From: a virus
Lineage: Duplodnaviria > Caudoviricetes
Length of the DNA: 64,000 nucleotides
IMG/VR virus record: IMGVR_UViG_3300022552_000005
Span: 15,805 to 79,804 of that record
Reading direction: 5' to 3' (one strand)
Position numbers and translations under genes: made by a program. The notes under the pieces are model-generated. The model was not told the DNA's origin, searched no databases, and saw only the letters and a program-made list of their open reading frames with translations. Positions 40,898 to 48,299 of the stretch are shown one piece after another. Within the stretch, counting starts at the first letter, position 1. Every line of letters begins with the position of its first letter.

Positions 40898-41965
40898 TTA
40901 CCTCCTAATGATTATTTGCCGAGCAAAAATAACCCCGCGTCGTTCAAGTGAATAATTACACAATTGATCATTAAGAGCATTATTGGTAGTATAAAAATAC
41001 TCAGGACTACGAGCCACATTAGATATACGCAATTCCTCAAGATATCCATCTGTTTTTCCATGATAACCATCGTCGTCAAGTAATTCACCAACAGTTAAAC
41101 CATTGCTATTTAATACAGTATTCCAAGAAACAGACTTACTGCCAACATACTGACCATTAACATATAGTTTAACAGTATTCGATTCCAATGTAAATGCCAC
41201 ATAATACCATTGATTCAAAGAACGCACAATAGGATCAAGATAATCATCCGTCCAGCCTAATACAATAAAACCTTTTGTAGAATCAATTGCATATTCCAAC
41301 GCTGATGTTTGTGAATTAGCCTGCGGTGTTCCATAACCACAAATACATTGCCATTGTGAAGTATAAGCTACCGGGTAAAATTTAGCCTCAATTGTACGCG
41401 CATTTCCGCCAGTTGGCAAATTATTAGGAGACGAACATTGTAAATAATCAGCGTTCGTACCAATAAATCTAACTGCTTTACTCAGAAAACCATATGTCCT
41501 AACCGGACTACCAACAAATGATAGATTATTATTTCCTTTTGTATCGATATAGTTACCACTATCATCATTAAAATGCCAAATACTCACATAATTACTATCC
41601 CATGCATTACTGTTATGCATACTAACATTAGAATTAATAATATTTGAATCATAATAAATATAAAGTACGGTATTAGCTGAATCAGACAATGAAAGCGACG
41701 AATGTGTAACCCATAGTAACCCACTTTGACCAGCATTATCCCAATAATCTACCTCAACATTCGCCTGTGTAACACCATCAGATAAAGTAACGACAATGCC
41801 AGAATAATGAATTCCCAATTCATTAAACAAAAACGATAAATCATAATCATTAAGACCAGCATTATTACGAATATACAAAGGAACAGAAAATTGGCTTAAA
41901 GTTCCACTAACCTGAGTCGGCGGTATAACAACCTCAATCCGTTCAGAATATCCAGCCAACCACAT
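40898..41965 (-). CDS. DUF2341 + LamG/concanavalin-like virion protein
   Basis: 'WLAGYSERIEVVIP','EVDYWD','LLWV','YIYYD','WDSNYVSIWHFND','WYYVAFT','LYVNGQ','GYLEELRISNVARS'. Confidence 0.75.
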   Translation of the reverse strand: MWLAGYSERIEVVIPPTQVSGTLSQFSVPLYIRNNAGLNDYDLSFLFNELGIHYSGIVVTLSDGVTQANVEVDYWDNAGQSGLLWVTHSSLSLSDSANTVLYIYYDSNIINSNVSMHNSNAWDSNYVSIWHFNDDSGNYIDTKGNNNLSFVGSPVRTYGFLSKAVRFIGTNADYLQCSSPNNLPTGGNARTIEAKFYPVAYTSQWQCICGYGTPQANSQTSALEYAIDSTKGFIVLGWTDDYLDPIVRSLNQWYYVAFTLESNTVKLYVNGQYVGSKSVSWNTVLNSNGLTVGELLDDDGYHGKTDGYLEELRISNVARSPEYFYTTNNALNDQLCNYSLERRGVIFARQIIIRR

Positions 41966-41969
41966 TATT

Positions 41970-44180
41970 TTACCTCACAACAATAACCCCTAATGCCCCG
42001 CTACTACTGGCGAAAACCCGCACAGTATTTTTATCTAATAGAACATGATGATCAATTCCTACACTATTATATGTAGTTGGATCGTAGCATTGGACAACTA
42101 CTAACCGATCACCGAAATTATGATGAACATCAGCATAATATAATGAGCCAGATGGAGTCCAACTAGTTACTACCTCAGTATACTTAGTCGCCTGCCCACC
42201 AAAAACACCCGAAACGCCATAAAATACACCATCTGAAGTGATATACCAATTATTATTTGTTCCGCAAAGATCGATATCGACGCCACTTACATTTACAACA
42301 CAACCAGCTGACCGACGAATAAATGAAGCGGCTTGCTCAACTGAACTATCAACATAAATTAAAGCATCAGCAGATGATTTATTTTCAAGTCCTAAATCAA
42401 GTTCTTGAGCATATATATTATCAACATAAAGATCATTAAATTTAGCCCCACTACTACCAATATTATAAGTCAAAGAAGCAGCAGGAATTAAATTCTCATC
42501 CTTTTTATAAGTATTTGAATCAATGGCGTTTATATCTAATTCTACTTCAGCAATTTTAGCATCTAGCTTAGAAATACCAGAAGCTAAATTATCACCTGTT
42601 TGAACATAATTATTAGATGTATATGTCGGACTTGAGTCATCGTCACTACCAATAAATGTATGAATATTTTTAATATAATCTAATTTCCGCGCAATCGAAG
42701 CTGTTGCCGTATCATCTTCGCCGATTGCTGATAATTGCCCACGATACCAGAAATAACTACCATCGCCACAAATAATACAAAGACGATCTTTATAAGGGGC
42801 AAGCGTAACAATACTTTTACCACTTGGTAATGTGCAAATCAATTTCGTCGAACGTCCATCAAATGCCCAAACCTCATTACCATTAAAAGTATAAATCAAC
42901 TTACCCTGATAAATACACGGTTGTTGCCCAGCACAATCAGAAATTATTTTAACAGCACGCTCTTTTTGATCAATTAACCATAAACCATTTCCACAACCAT
43001 AAGCTCTGCCTTTATAAACAATTCCGTAAGTGCAATGATGTCCAATAGCATAAAAATAACCCTCTTTTACACCATCATACCAACTTACATAATCCTCATT
43101 AGGACCCCAAACATACAATGTATTACCAAGCGAGGTACAACCGAAATTCCAACCCCAGGTACCACCTTGAGCATGAACACGACAAAGAATTCCCCAGCTA
43201 TTACCATCATATTTAAAAATTGGTTGTTTGGATCCAGCCGAAGCCCCACCAACAACCGAACAAATTAAATCGCCATTATATTCGGCTAAAGACGTTGCCC
43301 CCCAAGCTCCTCCCGTACCTGATGGTTGACCAATATATTCCAAATTATTTCCATCATAGAGAAATACCCACGTATAATTCCAAGGCGAAATTGAGGCAAT
43401 GGCTAACTTACCACGCCAAACCGTTAAACCACCAATCTTAGTTCCAGAACCAGGTGAACACTCTAATTGCCAACCGCTCGGAGTAATACTATAAACATTA
43501 TCAGAATCACGTGAACCAACAAAAACTTTCCCATTGTAAACGCAAGAATAACACAACCAATCGCCCGGAGACTCGGGTAACTGTCCGCCCGAAACAACCG
43601 GCATTTCACCATAAGTATCAATATCGACAGTGCTTAAATTAACAGCCAACTCTCCATCTGGGCTAATATGTAACGTACCGCTTCCTACTTGAATACCATA
43701 CAAGAAATTACCAGATTGCGCATAAATAACAGCAAAACGATGGTCCAAGCTGCCGATATCATATAAACCGGATGGAATTAGATCTTCATCTTTACGATAA
43801 TAAAGACTTAAATCAACGCCAGAAACTTGAGCATCAACATAACCTTTTGTCGCTAAATCATAAATATGTTGTGGGATAACACCGCTAATAGTTCCGGTAA
43901 AACCACGAGTACCATCAACTAAAATATATTGTGGATGGTCATCATCGGTAAGCCCAGTTAAAAGTCCATGATCAGTAACGCCACCACCAACTCCGGATAA
44001 CCCAGAAACATTAACTAATAGACGCCCAGTTCCGTCTACAGCAAGCGGATAACCAGTCTCACCCCAACAAAAAACAAAGCCGCTCGCTTGTGCGTCGGCA
44101 TTTACTAATAGCTGTCCTTTATCATTAACTTTTATTGTGCGCCCTTCCGGTCCATAACTGAAAATGTATTCGGCAGACAT
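41970..44180 (-). CDS. Fibre/propeller virion appendage protein
   Basis: Probable start MSAEY at 44180 (RBS GAGGAG; ORF track start 44261 overlaps the terminator); 'DHGLLTGLTDDDHPQY','LATKGYVD' fibre motifs; propeller core. Confidence 0.55.
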   Translation of the reverse strand: MSAEYIFSYGPEGRTIKVNDKGQLLVNADAQASGFVFCWGETGYPLAVDGTGRLLVNVSGLSGVGGGVTDHGLLTGLTDDDHPQYILVDGTRGFTGTISGVIPQHIYDLATKGYVDAQVSGVDLSLYYRKDEDLIPSGLYDIGSLDHRFAVIYAQSGNFLYGIQVGSGTLHISPDGELAVNLSTVDIDTYGEMPVVSGGQLPESPGDWLCYSCVYNGKVFVGSRDSDNVYSITPSGWQLECSPGSGTKIGGLTVWRGKLAIASISPWNYTWVFLYDGNNLEYIGQPSGTGGAWGATSLAEYNGDLICSVVGGASAGSKQPIFKYDGNSWGILCRVHAQGGTWGWNFGCTSLGNTLYVWGPNEDYVSWYDGVKEGYFYAIGHHCTYGIVYKGRAYGCGNGLWLIDQKERAVKIISDCAGQQPCIYQGKLIYTFNGNEVWAFDGRSTKLICTLPSGKSIVTLAPYKDRLCIICGDGSYFWYRGQLSAIGEDDTATASIARKLDYIKNIHTFIGSDDDSSPTYTSNNYVQTGDNLASGISKLDAKIAEVELDINAIDSNTYKKDENLIPAASLTYNIGSSGAKFNDLYVDNIYAQELDLGLENKSSADALIYVDSSVEQAASFIRRSAGCVVNVSGVDIDLCGTNNNWYITSDGVFYGVSGVFGGQATKYTEVVTSWTPSGSLYYADVHHNFGDRLVVVQCYDPTTYNSVGIDHHVLLDKNTVRVFASSSGALGVIVVR

Positions 44181-44223
44181 AGCTTTTTCTCCTCGCGCAA
44201 AATACAACAATACCGTCCATAAA

Positions 44224-44235
44224 TAGATACGTTTT
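44224..44235 (-). promoter_or_regulatory. Candidate late promoter variant AAAACGTATCTA
   Basis: Between the capsid terminator and the next gene start. Confidence 0.4.
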
Positions 44236-44244
44236 CTTGTAAAA

Positions 44245-44272
44245 TAAAAAAAGCGGGGCATAAAACCCCGCT
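44245..44272 (-). terminator. Intrinsic terminator after major capsid gene
   Basis: AGCGGGG-TTTTATG-CCCCGCT followed by TTTTTT on the minus strand. Confidence 0.85.
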
Positions 44273-44300
44273 ATTGATTGCAAATTATATTATTTAATTA

Positions 44301-45320
44301 TTAGAAGGTACCAATGACTAGGAACCGATTGTCAAGAACCGCAAAACCAATCTCCATAAAGCCGAACCAACCGACCCGATTCGAGCGGAGAAGCGTGTCG
44401 TCTTCGTAAAGCTGGAGATCTTCACGGACAACAAACTTCCGAGTCCGAAGCGCCCAATCACTGGCATCAAGACCAATGCAAAATTCCTTGTCCGTATCGC
44501 CGCCAGCTACGAACCAGGATGCCTTGTTTGGACCGTCGGTTGATTCAATATAAGTCTGGAACCGCTGACCCTCACCAAGCTCCTGAAGCTCATGCAGCCG
44601 AACACCGAAAATAGTGGGCAGACCGGCAAGCCCCTCACCACGGAAAATCTCATGCCGAGTAATATCATCGACTTCAGCCTGCGACCAGTTCCGAATATCA
44701 GCAAGAGCCTCGGGCGAGAGGAAAAGATCAGTCAGCTTGCTGCGCCGCCCACCCGGAAACCGCTTAATAGCAGTCATCATGCCGGTGAGCAGCTTCTTGG
44801 TAAAGGTACCAGCGGCAGCCGAGCTGTCAACAACCCGTCCATTCTCAACCGCGGCAGAAATAATAGTATGCCAACCATCATCATTAAGCTTCCGGGTAAA
44901 GCCATACTTTAGAACGTCCATAGCATCAGCAACAACGTCCCACCGAGCATCGCGGACATATTTTCGGGCAATATCAATTGAATTGCTGATGGTATAGGTG
45001 GGAACATAAACCTCATCGCCCTCAATTAGCCTTTGAGGCGGTGCACCCTCCTTGGCAATCACGAAGGCGACATAATCTTCCTCTTCACCGGGGCTAAGGA
45101 AATGAAGCGGAAACCGCGGATCAACTCCAGGCTCCAGAACCACGCGCTGGAAAACACCATTCAGCGTATCATCTTCCAGAACCGCACCCCTGAAGGCACC
45201 ATCGAGTACCTGGGCAAGGGCGCGCTGGTACTTTTTCCGTTCTTCCAGATCGTTGGAAGCCGCTTTCCGAAGCAGCTCACGTTCCTCTTCAGTAAAAACC
45301 TTTTTACCTAACGCACGCAT
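44301..45320 (-). CDS. Major capsid protein (HK97-fold, inferred)
   Basis: 339 aa; follows protease/scaffold and decoration gene; RBS GAGGAGG; biased codon use; followed by terminator; 'PTYTISNSIDI..KYVRDARWDV' pattern. Confidence 0.8.
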   Translation of the reverse strand: MRALGKKVFTEEERELLRKAASNDLEERKKYQRALAQVLDGAFRGAVLEDDTLNGVFQRVVLEPGVDPRFPLHFLSPGEEEDYVAFVIAKEGAPPQRLIEGDEVYVPTYTISNSIDIARKYVRDARWDVVADAMDVLKYGFTRKLNDDGWHTIISAAVENGRVVDSSAAAGTFTKKLLTGMMTAIKRFPGGRRSKLTDLFLSPEALADIRNWSQAEVDDITRHEIFRGEGLAGLPTIFGVRLHELQELGEGQRFQTYIESTDGPNKASWFVAGGDTDKEFCIGLDASDWALRTRKFVVREDLQLYEDDTLLRSNRVGWFGFMEIGFAVLDNRFLVIGTF

Positions 45321-45338
45321 TGTATTCCTCCTCTCTTA

Positions 45339-45788
45339 TTAGCAATTAATCCAAACCTTCACGTATCCATCGCTATCTTTCCCGGTCTCGAACCGACCAA
45401 CCAGCGGATAGGTATAACCATCCAGAGAACCAGACGGAACAAGAACGCCACTCTGATTCACGTAAGCCGGGTCACCGGGGTTGATAGACAGAGACGGGTG
45501 AACAACATTGGTGTAGATCCGCCCAATCTGGAGAACAGGAACCGCTCCGCCAGCCCAGACCTCGAAAGCCTTCTGGTAATTGGCGGGACGAGAATCACTT
45601 TCATCCGTCACTACGTCATTCAGGAGACAACCAAGCACCTGTGTGTTAGCATTAACCGTGGTGTCAACTTTCTTGACAAAACCCTCGTTGGAAGGATCGA
45701 GCATTACGAAATAACCACGTTCTGCAGTCTCATTCATGCGGAAAGTCGCAACTTCCGCGATAATCTGCCGTTCGCCTTTTAACGCCAT
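45339..45788 (-). CDS. Putative head decoration/cement protein
   Basis: 149 aa, 'LGCLLNDV','VPVLQIGRIYT','PGDPAYVNQSG','VGRFETGKDSDGYVKV' typical of genes just upstream of capsid. Confidence 0.6.
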   Translation of the reverse strand: MALKGERQIIAEVATFRMNETAERGYFVMLDPSNEGFVKKVDTTVNANTQVLGCLLNDVVTDESDSRPANYQKAFEVWAGGAVPVLQIGRIYTNVVHPSLSINPGDPAYVNQSGVLVPSGSLDGYTYPLVGRFETGKDSDGYVKVWINC

Positions 45789-47314
45789 TATTCACCTCCT
45801 TCATTAATCAAACCAATATCTTTCAGGATTTTCCCATACTTATCTACCAAACTTTCATCCTCGTCGGTCGTAAAATCAATCGGATCTTCTTCTTTTGCAG
45901 CGCTGTCCAAAACGTCGTCAATAGTTTCGTCGATTTCGTCAGCAACTTCCTCTTCGACATCCTCAGTCTCTTCCGAAGTGTCCTCTTCAGCAACATCCTC
46001 TTCGGAAGCATTAACGGTCTGAGAAACTGATTCTTTAACTTTCGCCAAATCTTCGACATAAGCAACAAATTCCTCGTCAGACATATTAATGCAGCGCTCA
46101 ACGAGTTTATCCAAAGCATCGCCACTTAAAGCAAACTCAGTCGCAAGAATTCGAGCCCGTTCCTCACGCAATTTCTCAAGCTTAATCTGATCCAGTTCTT
46201 TGTTAATATTATCGAGCCGCTCAGAAATGGCAGCCAAAGCCTTTTCATACTCTTTAATAAGTGCTTCTTTCTCAGCTACTTCTTGACGCAGAAATTCGAG
46301 TTCAGACTCTTCAGCCTTTTCAGGTTCCTCGGATTGCTCTTCCGGCTGTTCCTCTTCTTTTGGCTCTTCTTCAAGTTGCTCTTCCTCGGCAGGCTCTTCA
46401 GCCGGTTCCTCTGGTTGTTCAAGCTGTTCTTCTGGCTGCTCTTCTTCTTTTTCAAGCTTTTCCTCGGGTTTTTCCTCAAGTTTTTCTTCCACTTTTTCTT
46501 CAAGTTTTTCCTCAACTTCGGGCTCCTTTTTATCTTCAGAAGCAACCGTCTGAGCGATATTTTCTAATTTTTTATCCTCCATAATCACCTCCTCGTTACC
46601 AAACTTAACAGTATCAATTACGTAATCATCCAAATTAACCACTTCTTGTTCAAGCGCAGCGACCTCTTCGGAAACAGATTTAATTACACTATCTTTATTG
46701 GCAGGATGACGAACCAAACCGATACCTCCAATAATAATATTCCTTAAAACCCTGCCTACGCGCTGTCCGTCTAACTCACCGCTACCGCCATTAACCTTCA
46801 AAACCGGGTCAAGCACCCTCGCCGTTACCTCATTACGCCTAACAATCTTATCTCCAACCAAGTAATCATAATCAGTGAAATAAGCTTCAACCGAAACAAA
46901 CAATTCACCTGTGGCTGCTTTTTGCCTTATCTCACGCGCTTTTCCCGGAAAAATATAGGCATACATTACAGCCCGGTTAATTACATCAAATTCCGCTGGA
47001 ACCTGACCCGGATTTTGAAGTACTATATTATCATCTATCCGTTCCCCGGATTTAGTTGCCAAATAGGCATCAATCATATGTCCAACAATTTTTTCTTCTT
47101 GATGTTCAATATTAAGTGGCTTATGGCGAGCGGTTTTATAAGCAGCTAAAAGCTCATCACGTAGGAAAACATCGTCATTAGCATTAATGCCAACAGAAAC
47201 CAAAACGGAATCGATTACAAGCAGATCTGGTTGTTCTTCGACGTAAATAGAGTCATCGAGCGTTTTTGGTTCAGTAATTACACTTGCTTTAGCTAAAAAT
47301 CGTGTTTTGTACAT
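45788..47314 (-). CDS. Prohead protease fused to acidic scaffold
   Basis: N-terminal 'KPLNIEH','VGHM','VSVEA','GIGLVRHPA'; C-terminal Glu-rich coiled coil. Confidence 0.7.
   Translation of the reverse strand: MYKTRFLAKASVITEPKTLDDSIYVEEQPDLLVIDSVLVSVGINANDDVFLRDELLAAYKTARHKPLNIEHQEEKIVGHMIDAYLATKSGERIDDNIVLQNPGQVPAEFDVINRAVMYAYIFPGKAREIRQKAATGELFVSVEAYFTDYDYLVGDKIVRRNEVTARVLDPVLKVNGGSGELDGQRVGRVLRNIIIGGIGLVRHPANKDSVIKSVSEEVAALEQEVVNLDDYVIDTVKFGNEEVIMEDKKLENIAQTVASEDKKEPEVEEKLEEKVEEKLEEKPEEKLEKEEEQPEEQLEQPEEPAEEPAEEEQLEEEPKEEEQPEEQSEEPEKAEESELEFLRQEVAEKEALIKEYEKALAAISERLDNINKELDQIKLEKLREERARILATEFALSGDALDKLVERCINMSDEEFVAYVEDLAKVKESVSQTVNASEEDVAEEDTSEETEDVEEEVADEIDETIDDVLDSAAKEEDPIDFTTDEDESLVDKYGKILKDIGLINEGGE
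46300..46530 (-). repeat. Low-complexity Glu-rich repeats (EEK/EEP/EEQ) in scaffold
   Basis: EEKLEEKVEEKLEEKPEEKLEKEEEQPEEQ... in translation. Confidence 0.8.
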
Positions 47315-47315
47315 T

Positions 47316-47915
47316 TTACTCGCGGAGCAGTACGCCCAGATACTCTACAAGATCTCGGAGAGATTCAACATTGAATGCATCCTGGTGGAAAACAACGCCT
47401 CGCAAAGCGCCTTGAGCATCACGGTAAACCTCAAAGCTCATGAGGTATTCAGCGCCATCAGCCCCGGCAATTAACTCGACCGTTTCGACCGTACCAGTCT
47501 TCCTAATATCGAGTAACGCCGCCTTCGTCTTCTCTTTAACAAATTTAGAATTCGGAAGAAGGGCACGGGCATGCCTTACAAGATGAGCCTTAGCCTTAGC
47601 ACGTGCTTTAGGAGAAAGCCGCGTCTTCTTTTGAACTACCCGAGCAAGAGCATTCCGCAAATGGGGAATATCAACAGTGCTATTCTCATTAGGATTCTTT
47701 ACCTTATGATTGTGATGGGGGAGATGGCGCAACCGACGAGGTACCGTCTTTCCTTCCTCATCTTTCTTGCCGCCTGGTTCAATGTACGCAAAAGCAGCAT
47801 CCGGAAGATCGTTGATGTATTTCCGAGTCCACCGCTTAGCCTCGGTCTTTTCCTCCTTTAGTTCGCGCAGTTTAGCTTCAACCTTATCTAATTGTTCACG
47901 AATCTTATCCAGCAT
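47316..47915 (-). CDS. Head-region protein (DUF6582-like)
   Basis: 'INDLPDAAFAYIEPG...RHLP.H...HLRNALAR'. Confidence 0.5.
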   Translation of the reverse strand: MLDKIREQLDKVEAKLRELKEEKTEAKRWTRKYINDLPDAAFAYIEPGGKKDEEGKTVPRRLRHLPHHNHKVKNPNENSTVDIPHLRNALARVVQKKTRLSPKARAKAKAHLVRHARALLPNSKFVKEKTKAALLDIRKTGTVETVELIAGADGAEYLMSFEVYRDAQGALRGVVFHQDAFNVESLRDLVEYLGVLLRE

Positions 47916-48237
47916 TGTTACCTCCTACTTTTTCTAACATCATCCGAATTACATCTGTTTGATTGTCAATAGCCTCAATAATCCGTTGGCTATTATTAAT
48001 TGAATTTAAATCATGTTTTTCCATTGCTTTAGCAAGCTCATTACTACTAGAAGTTAAATGTGATAAATGGTTTGTAATTATTGAACGCTGTTCCTCCATT
48101 AATTTTTGCCATGCTTCACGGTCTTCTTTGTGAGAATTAATTATATATTTAAGTAAAACCCAGCAAACTACACCCATTGCACACGCCAAAGCAACGCCAA
48201 GTCCTTGTGTTTCAACAATTTTGAGTAGTTGTTCCAT
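47905..48237 (-). CDS. Small membrane protein, holin-like (BhlA-type)
   Basis: Single N-terminal hydrophobic helix (GLGVALACAMGVVCWVLLKYII) then coiled coil. Confidence 0.4.
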   Translation of the reverse strand: MEQLLKIVETQGLGVALACAMGVVCWVLLKYIINSHKEDREAWQKLMEEQRSIITNHLSHLTSSSNELAKAMEKHDLNSINNSQRIIEAIDNQTDVIRMMLEKVGGNNAG

Positions 48238-48273
48238 GGCTATTATTTAATTATTGAGCTATTCCGTCAATAG

Positions 48274-48285
48274 TTAATACGGTTT
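48274..48285 (-). promoter_or_regulatory. Candidate late promoter variant AAACCGTATTAA
   Basis: Intergenic between portal and head operon; shares CGTATTAACT with the 35675 copy. Confidence 0.45.
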
Positions 48286-48299
48286 CATTTATTTTTTGT

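Noticed and set aside
44181-44261. N-terminal extension MPRFFYF... of the 763-aa ORF
   Set aside because: Overlaps the terminator and promoter motif; a good RBS precedes the ATG at 44180
45844-46567. Lys/Arg-rich or Phe/Leu-rich alternative-frame ORFs
   Set aside because: Frame shadows of the Glu-rich scaffold repeats
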